Shown piece by piece: positions 1-9,836 of a stretch of DNA of 64,000 nt. The notes beneath the pieces were generated by a model. The model was not told the DNA's origin. It ran no database searches and saw only the letters and a program-made list of their open reading frames with translations. The stretch's first letter is position 1, and every line of letters begins with the position of its first letter. The stretch is from a virus: IMG/VR virus record IMGVR_UViG_3300048924_000619, positions 1 to 64,000 of that record; one strand, given 5' to 3'. The translations under genes were made by a program, and so were the position numbers.

Positions 1-1296
1 ATGATCACGGAAGCCGCCATCAAGGCCGCTATGAAGAAGCTGCCGGCCACGGGAAAAAAGAGCGTCGAGTTGCGCGACGGTGGGGCGCGCGGAGGCGGTC
101 GCCTGGTGGTCGCGATCCGCATGAGGGATCAGACCTTCACCGCGGAATGGTACGCCGTGTGGTGGCGCGACGAGGCGCGCAAGACGCTCAAGATCGGCGT
201 CTTCCCGGACATGACCGTGGCGGAGGCCCGCCAGTCCTTCCAGAAGGACTATGCGCCGCAGATCCTCGCTGGCCTCGATCCTGTCGGCCCGAAGGCCCGG
301 CGCGAGCGGCGCGGCGTGACGGTCAAAGACCTGTTCGATGGGTACGTCGCTCATCTGAAGGGGCAGGGTAAGCCATCCCACAAGATGGCCAACCATGTCC
401 TGCTCGGGAACCTGGGCGCCGTCAACGACCTCGGCAAAACGAAGCGGGCGGCCGACGTCACGGTCGAGGACATCCGCGAGCACCTCGCCTCGATCTATGA
501 CCGCGGCGCGATCGTCCTGGCGCGGGACGCGCGCGCCTACCTTCATGCGGCCTACGCGTGGGCGCTGACGTCGGCGAACACATACACTAGCGACGTGGGC
601 CGGACCGATTGGGGGATCAAGGTCAACCCCGTTTCGGCGATTCCGACGGACAGGAGCGAGGAGGCGAACCGCGCGGGCGATCGCCACCTGACGCCGGCCG
701 AGCTGCGGCAGTTCTGGCAGTGGCTCGACAGCCGGCAAGAGCAATACGTGGCCGCGCCGGTTCTCATGTTGATCGCCGCAACCGGACAGCGGGTCACTGA
801 GATCCTGCAGCTGACCGACACGGCCTATGACCGGGCGGAGAAGATGTTGGATTGGTCGAAGACCAAGAACGGGATGCCGCACGCGATCCCCCTTCCCCCG
901 CAGGCGGTCACGCTCCTCGACGGCGTCGTTAAGCGGCCCAAGGCTCGGCCAATGCTCTTTCCGCACGTCACGAAGCCGGGCGAAAGCGCCTCGGTCGCGG
1001 CGATCGAGAAGATGGTGAAGCGGTATTTGAAGGACCATCCTGACGTGCCGCGCTTCACGCCGCGCGATCTCCGTCGGACTTGGAAGACGCTCTCCGGCGC
1101 CGCGGGGATCTCAAAGGAGGACCGCGACAGGCTCCAGAATCACGCGCGCAACGACATCTCAAGCCGGCACTACGACCGGTACGACTATCTGACGGAGAAG
1201 CGCGCGGCGATGGAGACGTGGTCTGCCTATCTGGATCGCATCCTCTCTGGTCAGCTGGACAATCCTGTCGCGCGCCTAGGGGTGGTAAATGGTTAA
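1..1296 (+). CDS. int: Tyrosine recombinase/integrase with N-terminal arm-binding domain
   Basis: N-term 'LKIGVFPDMTVAEAR'; catalytic R (TGQRVTEI), K (KTKNG), RDLRRT, H (LQNH), Y (RHYDRY). Confidence 0.95.
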   Translation: MITEAAIKAAMKKLPATGKKSVELRDGGARGGGRLVVAIRMRDQTFTAEWYAVWWRDEARKTLKIGVFPDMTVAEARQSFQKDYAPQILAGLDPVGPKARRERRGVTVKDLFDGYVAHLKGQGKPSHKMANHVLLGNLGAVNDLGKTKRAADVTVEDIREHLASIYDRGAIVLARDARAYLHAAYAWALTSANTYTSDVGRTDWGIKVNPVSAIPTDRSEEANRAGDRHLTPAELRQFWQWLDSRQEQYVAAPVLMLIAATGQRVTEILQLTDTAYDRAEKMLDWSKTKNGMPHAIPLPPQAVTLLDGVVKRPKARPMLFPHVTKPGESASVAAIEKMVKRYLKDHPDVPRFTPRDLRRTWKTLSGAAGISKEDRDRLQNHARNDISSRHYDRYDYLTEKRAAMETWSAYLDRILSGQLDNPVARLGVVNG

Positions 1297-1398
1297 GATT
1301 CCCTTAGCGCGCGAAGGGGCTGGACAGGGGAGCCCGAAGCGAGTTCTTCCTAGCGCTCGGCGAGAATTACCCTTTTCGCCTGAAGTTCCGATTGACTT

Positions 1399-1429
1399 AG
1401 CGCCTCCCTCCCCAGGGAGGCGCTTTTTT
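1399..1429 (+). terminator. Intrinsic terminator after integrase
   Basis: AGCGCCTCCC-N6-GGGAGGCGCT followed by a T-run. Confidence 0.8.
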
Positions 1430-1626
1430 CATGGTCCGCAGGTGTCGATCACCTTGAGGATCGACCCGCGCCAAGCCGGACGATAGCCGAGCTGCGCTGC
1501 AGCGGCGTTCTCTGCTGCCTCGCGCCCCAAACCGCTGTCGGCCTCAATGATGGCGGCGCGCTCCTCCCAAGCAGCAATGTCCTCTGCCAGCCGACGGCGA
1601 TCCTCGGGCGTGGCGGGCAGCGTCAC
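1429..1626 (-). CDS. Small hypothetical phage protein
   Basis: 65 aa; 'WEERAAIIEADSGLGREAAE' resembles a common phage primase-adjacent motif. Confidence 0.55.
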   Translation of the reverse strand: MTLPATPEDRRRLAEDIAAWEERAAIIEADSGLGREAAENAAAAQLGYRPAWRGSILKVIDTCGP

Positions 1627-1633
1627 GGACGCA

Positions 1634-1661
1634 CAAACGCCGGACCCTTTCGGGCCCGGCG
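1634..1661 (-). terminator. Probable terminator of the leftward recombination/xis operon
   Basis: Minus strand CGCCGGGCCC-GAAA-GGGTCCGGCG-TTTG. Confidence 0.55.
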
Positions 1662-1687
1662 CTCGGCGTCACTGGTAGTGCGGTGGA

Positions 1688-1921
1688 TCACGCAGCGAGC
1701 GGCTGCTCGGGCCGCTTCCCGTAGTCGCGGGTGGTCCCGAACTGGTTGGCGTTCTCGTACTGCTCCACCAGGGAGACGGGGTAGAGGATCTTGTTCCCGA
1801 ACCGGCGGAACTTCGGGCCCTTGCCGATCGGGTCGCAGCGCCAGTTGGCGAGGGTCTTCACCGAGATCTTGCGCTCCCAGCGGTCGCTGAGTTCCTTGGG
1901 GGTGAGGTAAGAGTCGGCCAT
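1688..1921 (-). CDS. Excisionase-like HTH (AlpA/HTH_17-like)
   Basis: 'YLTPKELSDRW...KTLANWR...GPKFRRFGNKILYP'; next to integrase. Confidence 0.85.
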   Translation of the reverse strand: MADSYLTPKELSDRWERKISVKTLANWRCDPIGKGPKFRRFGNKILYPVSLVEQYENANQFGTTRDYGKRPEQPLAA

Positions 1922-1923
1922 CT

Positions 1924-3006
1924 CTAGAACACCGCTTCTTCGCTGGCGGCCGCCGCTTGGGCGGGCTGCTGTTGCGGGGCAGGCTCGGCAGCGGCCTGGG
2001 CGGGCTCTTGCGCGGGCTGCTGGGCGGGCTGGGCGGCTTCCTGCGGCTTGGCGGCCTCAGTGGGCTTGTCTGCGGCCGGAGGGGCCTCCGCGGGCTTCTC
2101 CTGGGCCTTCGTCTCGCTCTTGGCCTCGGTCTTCGTCTCGGCCTTCGCCTGGCTGGCCGGCTTCTTCGGCGCTGCGTCGTCCTTGCCGGCGCTGGCCAGG
2201 GCGGCTGCAGCGTCGTTGTCCACCTTCTCTCCGCCGAAGAACTCGGAGGCCTTCGTCCCCTCGCGAATGGCGTTGAAGATGCCAGCGAGGTCGGCGAGTT
2301 CGTCGATGGTGGTCTCGTCGAGCTTGTGGGTGAGGTGCTTCTCCAGCATGGCGGCGGTCACGCCGATCTTGGAGAAGGCCACTGTCATGTCGACGATGCG
2401 CTGGCTGACCGGCTTCTCATTGCCGCCGGCGAGGGTTTTCTTGCATTCCGCCTTGCCGGCCGCCACGAGGGCTTTGGGCAATAGAGCCAGGATCCGGCCC
2501 CGGACCTGCTTGCTGGCGACGTTGGCGATGCGGTTGTCGATGTCCGCCTGGTCGCGGAGCACCTTCGGGCCGTTCTTCGTGTCGACCACATGCATGATCG
2601 TGATCTGGCGCCGGGCGAAGTTATTGCGCTCGACGTCCCACGCGTAGACTTCGACCTCGGACTTGCCGTCGCTGCGGGACAACTCGCGGTGGCCGAACTC
2701 GAAGTTGCCGTAACAGCGGGCGGCTTCCTCGGCGAACCGGATGGACTCGCCGCTACCGCGGTTCGGGACCGCGTAGAACGCCGCGGTCGCGAACTCGGGG
2801 CTCTTGCAGGCGTCGAGGAATTCGACCGTCACCTCGGCGTTGTTGCGGCGGAATTTCTTCGCGACAGCGATTTTCCCCTGGGCTTCAGCGACGGCGCGTT
2901 CCTGTTCGATCATCACCGCGCCGGCGTTCACGACGGCCGGCATGCCATGGCGAGGGAAGGCAGGCTCGATAACCTGCTCTTCCACCCTGACTACGTCTTG
3001 AGTCAT
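1924..3006 (-). CDS. Putative single-strand annealing/recombination protein with Ala/Pro-rich tail
   Basis: 'AEAQGKIAVAKKF...AFYAVP...SIRFAEEAARCYGN...AWDVERN'; same operon as RecE-type exonuclease. Confidence 0.6.
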   Translation of the reverse strand: MTQDVVRVEEQVIEPAFPRHGMPAVVNAGAVMIEQERAVAEAQGKIAVAKKFRRNNAEVTVEFLDACKSPEFATAAFYAVPNRGSGESIRFAEEAARCYGNFEFGHRELSRSDGKSEVEVYAWDVERNNFARRQITIMHVVDTKNGPKVLRDQADIDNRIANVASKQVRGRILALLPKALVAAGKAECKKTLAGGNEKPVSQRIVDMTVAFSKIGVTAAMLEKHLTHKLDETTIDELADLAGIFNAIREGTKASEFFGGEKVDNDAAAALASAGKDDAAPKKPASQAKAETKTEAKSETKAQEKPAEAPPAADKPTEAAKPQEAAQPAQQPAQEPAQAAAEPAPQQQPAQAAAASEEAVF

Positions 3007-3070
3007 CGATTACCCTTTTCGATATTGTTTTTGTTGAAGTTCCGTTGCGGGGTCTAACGCCCCATTTTCC

Positions 3071-4381
3071 TCAGCCCTCGGCGCGCACGGCGAATTCGCC
3101 GTCCGAGACGCGGGTGACGATCAGTTGCAGGCCGGAGGCGATCGCCTGGGCCTGGAATTCTGCGAAGTGCTCGCTGTCGAGCATCTCCAGGTCGTCGACG
3201 CAGATGAGCTTCAGCTCGCCCGCGCGCTTCTTGGCGATCTCGACGGCGATCTCGACCTGCTGGGCCTTGTTCAAGCGGTCGAAGGTCACGCCGTTGCGGT
3301 AGATCTCGCCGTCGCGCACCTCGAGGCCGGAGATGGGCAGGGCGCCGAGCAGCTCCGACTTGTAGGCGTCCAGGTCAGCGATGGCCTTCGTCTGGCGGGC
3401 GGAGTCCGCGCTCAGGTCTTCGACCTCCTCGCGCAGCTTGGCGAGGGTCTCGCGGGTCGTCTTGGCCCGCACGGCGGCCTCCCGATCGGCGCGGATGGCG
3501 GCGAGGGCGGCGACGTTGGGCGCGAGCTCCTGGTTGAAGCGGTCGGCCGAAATCTCGCGCTGCCTCGACGCCTTGGACTGGATGTCCGCGAAGGCCTGGG
3601 AAGTGGTCGCGATCTCGGCCTGCAGCTCGGCGATGGCGGCCCGGTAGCCGGCGACGGCTGTGTCGTGGTCCGAGCGCAGGCCGTCGAGCTTGTCGTCGAT
3701 CCGCTTCATCTCGGCCGCCTTCAGGGCCTCGATGTTCTGGACCCGCAACACGAGGGATTCCTCGGTCTCCAACTCGCCCGCCGGGCCGCGCTCCGGTGGG
3801 AGGGTGGCGGTCAACTGGCTGATCGTGGACTGCTTGTCCTTGAGCGCCCTGTTGGTGCCGGTGCGGTCGTCGTAGACCGTCGTACGAGCGTGGTCGATTT
3901 GACGAAGAGCGTGGTCGCCGACGGGCTCGAACGTGGCGTCGCCGATGATGGCCTGGATGCGGGTCGTCTCGGCCTGCATCGGCATGCTCTCCAGCATGAC
4001 GTTGACGCGGCGCTTGGGCTCGGCCCGTAGAAAATCTACCGGGTTCATGCTCAGCATGTCGAGCCAGCCCTTGATGGTCGTTTGGGCCTTCGGCTCCCGC
4101 TTGCCGTCCTTCTCGACGGTTACGGTCTGCGACTTCTCCGTGACACGCTTGCGGACCGTGGTCCCCTCGTCGAAGAGCCAGACGATTTCGCCCTCGGTGG
4201 CTCCGTTACGGAGGAGAGTGGCGTCCTCGCCGCCCTTGGCGACGGACTTGATGGCCTCCAGGGCGGAGGTCTTTCCCTTGCCGTTCGGGCCTTCGATCAC
4301 GGTGAAGGCGCCGGCGTCGAAGTCCAATTCTTCGATGCCGAGGATGTTGCGAATGCGGACATGTGTGAGGCGCATGGCCAA
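3071..4381 (-). CDS. SMC/SbcC-like AAA ATPase
   Basis: Walker A GPNGKGKT, long coiled coil, C-terminal 'LNKAQQ...ICVDDLE'. Confidence 0.85.
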   Translation of the reverse strand: MAMRLTHVRIRNILGIEELDFDAGAFTVIEGPNGKGKTSALEAIKSVAKGGEDATLLRNGATEGEIVWLFDEGTTVRKRVTEKSQTVTVEKDGKREPKAQTTIKGWLDMLSMNPVDFLRAEPKRRVNVMLESMPMQAETTRIQAIIGDATFEPVGDHALRQIDHARTTVYDDRTGTNRALKDKQSTISQLTATLPPERGPAGELETEESLVLRVQNIEALKAAEMKRIDDKLDGLRSDHDTAVAGYRAAIAELQAEIATTSQAFADIQSKASRQREISADRFNQELAPNVAALAAIRADREAAVRAKTTRETLAKLREEVEDLSADSARQTKAIADLDAYKSELLGALPISGLEVRDGEIYRNGVTFDRLNKAQQVEIAVEIAKKRAGELKLICVDDLEMLDSEHFAEFQAQAIASGLQLIVTRVSDGEFAVRAEG

Positions 4382-4466
4382 GCTTCCTAACGTGGTTCGG
4401 TAGGTTGTCTACCGTAATTTGTTCTGGAAGTGTTCTCGTTCTGGGCTACGTCCAGTTCGGACGCAG

Positions 4467-5378
4467 CTAGGCGGCTTCGCGCCTTGCGAAGGGGCGGATC
4501 CGCAACGGTTGCGGCCCCTTGTCGGCGGCGAAATCGGGCCAGGAATTGGCGGCCGTGCACTCCAGGATCCGCCGCAGGTCGCGCCGCCCCATCCGGCGGC
4601 CGAACGCCAGCTGCTCGGGCGTCGAGTAGTAGAGGCCCACCTGGAAGGGCGGCTTGGACTCGACGGCGACGAACCCGAACTTCTCGACCACGCCCTGCGT
4701 GCCAAGCGCGAGGTCGACGACGTCCCGATACCAGGGGTCCTGCACGTCGTAGCGGAACTTCGTCGCAGACCCGCCGAAGCCTTCCGGGCTGGCGTCCTGC
4801 GTCGACTTCACGTCGACAATCATGCCGTCGTAGTTCAGGCGGTCATAGTCCGGCCGACACTTCACCAGGGCGCCGGTTTCCGGGTCGATTCCGAAATAGC
4901 TGACCTCGGCCTCGCCGCGTGTGAACAAGCCCTTGACCGAGGGGTGCGTCAGCACGGCGTCGCGGGCGCCCAAGATGTTTGCCCAGGTCTCGGCCTCCAT
5001 GATGATCTTGCCGGCCGCTTCCTTCGTGAAGTCGGACCAGAACTCGATCGCCTTGATCGTGTCGGGCGAGGGCTTCTTGGCGTTGATCTGCCGGCTCGAC
5101 GGGCGGGGCGGCGCATCCTCCGGAGCGACCACATAGCCGGCCGCGAAGCTGTCCGGCTCCAGGATCGCCGCGTGAATCGCGGTCCCGATCACCATCGACT
5201 CGGTCGGCTCGAACGGCCTCCGGTCGGGGTCAACATGCTTAGCGTAGTAAGTGCGTGGCGAGTTGCCACACTCTGGCGCGATGTCATCGCACTTCGACTT
5301 CGATGTGCCCTTACCTTGATGGTAGGCGTCATTGCTCATGCCCCGGACGAGTCCGGGAGCGACAATTGCTTCTAACAC
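4467..5378 (-). CDS. Exonuclease VIII/RecE-like PD-(D/E)XK nuclease (DUF3799-like)
   Basis: 'MSNDAYH', 'GTAIHAAILEP', 'KCRPD', 'IVDVKST', 'YDVQDPWY'. Confidence 0.9.
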   Translation of the reverse strand: MLEAIVAPGLVRGMSNDAYHQGKGTSKSKCDDIAPECGNSPRTYYAKHVDPDRRPFEPTESMVIGTAIHAAILEPDSFAAGYVVAPEDAPPRPSSRQINAKKPSPDTIKAIEFWSDFTKEAAGKIIMEAETWANILGARDAVLTHPSVKGLFTRGEAEVSYFGIDPETGALVKCRPDYDRLNYDGMIVDVKSTQDASPEGFGGSATKFRYDVQDPWYRDVVDLALGTQGVVEKFGFVAVESKPPFQVGLYYSTPEQLAFGRRMGRRDLRRILECTAANSWPDFAADKGPQPLRIRPFARREAA

Positions 5379-5441
5379 TTGGGGTGTTCCCCGTTTTTTT
5401 GAGTTCCGATTGATGGAGAAGCTGCCCCAATTCCGTCACCC

Positions 5442-5493
5442 TGTATAGGCGGAATCCATCCAAGTTCCGGCGTATACCCCGGAGTTCCCGGAG
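5442..5493 (-). promoter_or_regulatory. Candidate promoter (CCGCC-TATACA) with upstream GGAAC repeats for the recombination operon
   Basis: Minus strand ccgccTATACA at 5452-5442; upstream TCCGGGAACT/CCGGGGTATA/CGCCGGAACT. Confidence 0.5.
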
Positions 5494-5604
5494 CGCCATC
5501 AATACTCTCTAGTCACCCTCTATAATCACGTATTCGCCCGGCTTTGCTTAAGACGACTCCAATTGGATTCCGTAGGGTTGCGACGTCAGCCATGGATTAT
5601 TGGC

Positions 5605-5860
5605 GTCTACCGGCAGCCCTGCGATGCTCCTCCTTAGACGGAATACCACCCGAACGGGTACATTTACTCAGGCTCAGCCTTGGCTGTGCCCTGCGGATAG
5701 CTCCGCTTCGTTAGCGTTAATCCGGGATTTCTCGTCTACCGGTCGACTTTATCCAACCCTGGAAAAGTGTGGTTCGAAGACCCACGCTCTGGTTGCGACG
5801 TTCGACCGCACACGCGGAACACCCCTTAGGTTACGTGCGCGGCGCGAATCTACTGGTAGC
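5605..5860. promoter_or_regulatory. Three degenerate TCTACCGGTAGA operators in divergent intergenic region
   Basis: GTCTACCGGCAG 5605, GTCTACCGGTCGAC 5734, ATCTACTGGTAGC 5848. Confidence 0.6.
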
Positions 5861-5871
5861 GGTGCGAATCA

Positions 5872-7095
5872 GTGACCGCTCCGGAGGACGTTCTCACCGT
5901 CTGTGACGGAATCGGGGCGGTGCATGAGGCGTGGTCGCCGCTGGGTTGGCGGTTCGTTCTCAGCTCCGAAATCGATGCTTTCCCACGCGCAGTCCTCGAG
6001 CAGCGCCAAGGCGCCGTCGATGCGCGGCTGACCGGCGTCGTCTGGCGGGGCTTGCCCCTTTGGGGCGATTTCACGGCAATTCGGGTGCGCCATTTGCGCC
6101 GGTTGGGCGTGACGCTTCCCTCTCTGCTGGCGGGCGGTACGCCCTGCCAGGCGTTCAGCGTCGCTGGCCTCCGCGAGTCCCTCGCTGATGCTCGCGGCAA
6201 CCTCACCCTCCAGTTCGTGAAGTTGGCCAATGCAATTGACGCTGTTCGGGTCCGAGCCGGCCTCAAGCCCCTCGTCATCGTCTGGGAGAACGTCCCCGGA
6301 GTCCTCAGCGTCGACGACAACGCCTTCGGCTGTTTCCTCGCGGGCCTGGTGGGAGCAGAAGCCCCCCTCGTTCCAGGCAAAGGACAGCGCTGGGACGACG
6401 CGGGTCTGGTTGTTGGGCCGCGAAGGGTCGCGGCGTGGCGCATCCTCGATGCTCAATACTTCGGCTTGGCCCAACGACGCCGCCGTGTGTTCGTTGTCTC
6501 AAGTGCTCGTGAAGGATTCGATCCCGCCGGGGTACTTTTTGAGCCCGAAGGCCTGCGCCGGCATTCTCCGCCGAGCCGAGATGCGGGGGGAAAACCTGCC
6601 GGCGACGCTCCGGTTGGCCTTGGAGTCGGCGTCGATCGTCCGTCAACGATAGCCTTCTCCAACAAGGATCATGGCCAGGACGCGGCCTTCGACCTATCGC
6701 CCACGCTGCGGGGCGGCAATGCGATCGAGCATGCCAACGCGGGCGTGCCACCGGCTATCGCATTCGCGCTGCGCGGCCGCGATGAAGGCGCCCTCCCGGA
6801 GGTCCACGGCGACGGCGACACGGTAGGCACGCTGCGCGCCGCCGACGGCGGGTCAAGCCGGGATTACGTGGCGGCCTCGGCCGTCCGCCGGCTCATGCCG
6901 GTCGAGTGCGAGCGCCTACAGGGCTATCGCGACGGCTACACGGCCATCGTCTGGAAGGGCCGGCTGCCGACGGAATGCCCGGACGGGCCTCGCTACAAGG
7001 CGCTCGGCAACTCCATGGCTATCCCCTGCATGCGGTGGATCGGCGAGCGCGTAGCGGTCGAAGAGACCCGCCGTCTCGCGGAGCTGGCGGCATGA
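5872..7095 (+). CDS. DNA (cytosine-5) methyltransferase
   Basis: Motif I 'VCDGIG', IV 'GGTPCQAFS', VI 'WENVPG', VIII 'AQRRRRVF', IX 'RRLMPVECERLQG', X 'YKALGNS'. Confidence 0.95.
   Translation: MTAPEDVLTVCDGIGAVHEAWSPLGWRFVLSSEIDAFPRAVLEQRQGAVDARLTGVVWRGLPLWGDFTAIRVRHLRRLGVTLPSLLAGGTPCQAFSVAGLRESLADARGNLTLQFVKLANAIDAVRVRAGLKPLVIVWENVPGVLSVDDNAFGCFLAGLVGAEAPLVPGKGQRWDDAGLVVGPRRVAAWRILDAQYFGLAQRRRRVFVVSSAREGFDPAGVLFEPEGLRRHSPPSRDAGGKPAGDAPVGLGVGVDRPSTIAFSNKDHGQDAAFDLSPTLRGGNAIEHANAGVPPAIAFALRGRDEGALPEVHGDGDTVGTLRAADGGSSRDYVAASAVRRLMPVECERLQGYRDGYTAIVWKGRLPTECPDGPRYKALGNSMAIPCMRWIGERVAVEETRRLAELAA
6230..6652 (+). CDS. Nested out-of-frame ORF resembling M.EcoHK31I beta-type subunit
   Basis: 'CSLSQVL...YFLSPKACAGILRRAEMRGENLPATLRLAL' in an alternative frame within the MTase gene. 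Confidence 0.55.
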   Translation: MQLTLFGSEPASSPSSSSGRTSPESSASTTTPSAVSSRAWWEQKPPSFQAKDSAGTTRVWLLGREGSRRGASSMLNTSAWPNDAAVCSLSQVLVKDSIPPGYFLSPKACAGILRRAEMRGENLPATLRLALESASIVRQR

Positions 7096-7571
7096 GCCCC
7101 GGCCAATTCGCCCGCAAGTGGTATCGCCTGGACGCCCGCTTCCGCCAGCTGGTCGCGGAGGGCGAGCGGCCGGCCGAGATCGCTCGGCGCCTGGGCGTGA
7201 CCCTGTCGGCAGTCCGCTGCCGGGCGTCGGTGCTGGGCCTGAAGCTGAACAACGAGCCGGTGGCGCGCCCTGACCGCGCTGGGTCGCCGGCGCCGAACGT
7301 GATCCCGCTGGTCGAGCGCGCCATCGCCGAGGATCCGGCTGCCGCCCCGCCCGCGCGGGTCAAGCGCTCGGCCTGGCCGCTGCACGTCGCCGCCTACGTC
7401 GCGAACGTCGAGCTCAACTGTTCCACCCGGTCCGTCGGCCTGCTGATCGGTCGTGACCGGAAGCTCGTCCGCTACGCGGTGCGCCAGATCGAGGAGCGCC
7501 GCGACGAGGACCCCGCATTGGACGCCTTTTTGGATCGCCTCGGTGAGCGGGCGCGGGAGTTGGCCGCGTGA
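7092..7571 (+). CDS. HTH protein: GcrA-like N-terminal HTH fused to DnaA C-terminal-like HTH
   Basis: ATG 7092 overlaps MTase stop; 'LVAEGERPAEIARRLGVTLSAV..RASVLGL' and 'HVAAYV...VGLLIGRDRKLVRYAVRQIEERR'. Confidence 0.65.
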   Translation: MSPGQFARKWYRLDARFRQLVAEGERPAEIARRLGVTLSAVRCRASVLGLKLNNEPVARPDRAGSPAPNVIPLVERAIAEDPAAAPPARVKRSAWPLHVAAYVANVELNCSTRSVGLLIGRDRKLVRYAVRQIEERRDEDPALDAFLDRLGERARELAA

Positions 7572-9004
7572 CGTTCACGCCGCATCCCCACCAAGTCGAG
7601 ATGATCCAGGAGGCCCGGCAGGCCTCGATCGAGCATTCCGGCGTCATCATCCAGTCGCCGACCGGCTCGGGGAAGACGGTCATCGGCTCGACGATTGCGC
7701 AATCGGCCGCCAGCAAGGGCGGCGGCGTCATCTTCACCGTCCACCGCGATTTCCTGATCGACCAGACCGCGCAGACCTTCCAGGCCGTCGGGCTCGACAA
7801 CTTCGGAATCATCGCCGCCGGCGTCACGCCGAACCCGCGGCCGCTCGCGCAAATCGCCGCGATCGACACGCTCAAGAACCGGCTCGACAAGGTGGCGGTC
7901 CCCAAGCTGCTGATCGTCGATGAGGCCCACCACTCCGTGGCCGCGGGCTGGGCGAAGGTGATCAACCACTTCAAGGCCCGCGGCACGAAGGTGCTCGGCC
8001 TGAGCGCCACGCCGATCCGGCTGGATGGCCGCGGCCTGGGCGAGCATTACGACTACATGGTCAAGGGGCCGTCGGTCCGTTGGCTGATCGACAACAAGTT
8101 CCTCTGCGACTACGAGGCCTACGTCCCCTCGAGCATCGACCTGTCCGGCGTGCACACGCGGATGGGCGACTTCGTCAAGGCTGAGGCCGAAGAGGTCGTC
8201 GACAAGCCGACGATCACCGGCGACGCGATCCGAGAATACAGCGCCAAGGCGCCGGGCAAGCGCGCGGTCGTCTTCTGCATCTCGATCGCCCACTCCGAGC
8301 ACGTGTGCGCGCAGTTCAATGCGGCCGGCATCCGGGCGGCGCACATCGACGGCACGACGCCGAAGGACGAGCGCAAGCGGATCCTGGCGGCGTTCCGGCG
8401 CGGCGAAATTCTGGTTCTCACGAGCGTCGACATCTTCGGCGAGGGCTTCGACCTGCCCGCGGTCGAGGTGGCGATCCTGCTACGGCCGACTCAGTCGCTG
8501 TCGCTTCACCTCCAGCAGATCGGCCGGGCGCTGCGCATGTTGGCCGGCAAGGACCGGGCGCTGATCCTGGATCACGTCGGCAACCTCATGCGCCTGGGCC
8601 TGCCCGACTCGGATTTCGACTGGTCGCTCGACGGCAAGAAGAAGCGGGCGAAGAAGCCAGGCGAGGAGCCGTCGGTCTTCGTGAAGCAGTGCGAGAGCTG
8701 CTACTCGGTGTTCTGGCCCCCGCCGCAATGCCCTCGCTGCGGCCACGTACACGAGACGCAGGCGCGCGAGATCGAGCACGTCGAGGGCGAGCTCCAGAAG
8801 ATCACGCCCGAGATGCGCAAGGCCATCTCCATGGCGAAGAAGCGCGAAGTCGGCATGGCCCAGTCCCTCGAGGATCTGGAGCGGATCGGCAAGGTGCGCG
8901 GCTACAAGGACGGGTGGGCCGAGAAGGTCTGGGCGTCGAAGGAGAATGCCGCGCAGCGCCGCGCAGAGGCTCAGGCCAGCGCCTACGGGAGGCTGAGCTA
9001 TTGA
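7568..9004 (+). CDS. SF2 DEAD/DEAH-box helicase with C-terminal zinc ribbon
   Basis: SPTGSGKT, DEAHH, LSATP, EGFDLP, QQIGRALR, CESC/CPRC. Confidence 0.95.
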   Translation: MTFTPHPHQVEMIQEARQASIEHSGVIIQSPTGSGKTVIGSTIAQSAASKGGGVIFTVHRDFLIDQTAQTFQAVGLDNFGIIAAGVTPNPRPLAQIAAIDTLKNRLDKVAVPKLLIVDEAHHSVAAGWAKVINHFKARGTKVLGLSATPIRLDGRGLGEHYDYMVKGPSVRWLIDNKFLCDYEAYVPSSIDLSGVHTRMGDFVKAEAEEVVDKPTITGDAIREYSAKAPGKRAVVFCISIAHSEHVCAQFNAAGIRAAHIDGTTPKDERKRILAAFRRGEILVLTSVDIFGEGFDLPAVEVAILLRPTQSLSLHLQQIGRALRMLAGKDRALILDHVGNLMRLGLPDSDFDWSLDGKKKRAKKPGEEPSVFVKQCESCYSVFWPPPQCPRCGHVHETQAREIEHVEGELQKITPEMRKAISMAKKREVGMAQSLEDLERIGKVRGYKDGWAEKVWASKENAAQRRAEAQASAYGRLSY

Positions 9005-9426
9005 CGCCGCTTGAGCGTGAGAACGCCGCGCTGCGGCGCGAGCAGGCGCGTCTGTGTCGGCAGGTCGAGGAGCTGATCGCCCGAGTCGAAGATATGCGGC
9101 GGGAGCTGCGAATCGCTCCGCAGGCCCGCACGATCGATCGACTCCGGACGGCATTCCCGGTTCTGCAGCCGGGCGACGCTTGGATCCTGGCAACCCTCTA
9201 CGCCGCGCGCGGCGAGATCGTCTCGACCGAGACCCTGCTTTCCCACCTTCCCACGAAGGATCAGCAGGAAGAGCGCCAGCCTAAGATCATCGGCGTCCGC
9301 ATTGCTCAGGTGCGGCGGGCGCTCGGTCGTGAGGCGATCAAAAATAGCTTCAGCGTCGGTTACGCGCTGACCCCGGCCGGCATTCAGTTGTGCCGCGCCG
9401 CACTCCGCAGGAAGGCGTCCCGATGA
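9001..9426 (+). CDS. Winged-helix (Trans_reg_C/CtrA-like) protein without receiver domain
   Basis: TTG 9001 coupled to helicase stop; coiled-coil N-term then 'PKIIGVRIAQVRRALG...SVGY'. Confidence 0.7.
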   Translation: MTPLERENAALRREQARLCRQVEELIARVEDMRRELRIAPQARTIDRLRTAFPVLQPGDAWILATLYAARGEIVSTETLLSHLPTKDQQEERQPKIIGVRIAQVRRALGREAIKNSFSVGYALTPAGIQLCRAALRRKASR

Positions 9427-9836
9427 AAGAGCAGAACGTCATGCATCGGGTGATGTTGGCGCTCTCGCAGGCGGGGGCGACCGTCTTCCGTCAGAACGTC
9501 GGCCAAGCCGTCGTGGGCGGCGTCGAGTGGATCCGCCAACGGAAGACCGTCACCGTGAACCCAGGCGACGCTGTCGTGCGCGGCGCTCGGGTTTTCCACG
9601 CGGGGTTCGTGGGACAGGGGGATGTCGTCGGCTGGTTCCCGATCGAGATCACGCCGGAGATGGTTGGCCGCAAGGTGGCGGTCGTGCTCTGGCCAGAGGT
9701 CAAGAAGGAAGAGGGCGGGCGCCGGCGTCCTGAGCAGGAGAAGTTCTGCGATCGCGTGGTGGAGGACGGCGGGATTTCCGGATTCGTCCGGAGTCCGGAA
9801 GAGGCTGTCGCCATGCTGCAGGAGTTCACGCGTTGA
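9423..9836 (+). CDS. VRR-NUC-like nuclease
   Basis: 'VFRQNVG...GQGDVVG...EVK..GGRRRPEQ..F...GG...FVRS'. Confidence 0.8.
   Translation: MKEQNVMHRVMLALSQAGATVFRQNVGQAVVGGVEWIRQRKTVTVNPGDAVVRGARVFHAGFVGQGDVVGWFPIEITPEMVGRKVAVVLWPEVKKEEGGRRRPEQEKFCDRVVEDGGISGFVRSPEEAVAMLQEFTR

Noticed and set aside
5600-5875. 91-aa plus-strand ORF in the divergent intergenic region
   Set aside because: Atypical codon use, no RBS, overlaps operator sites
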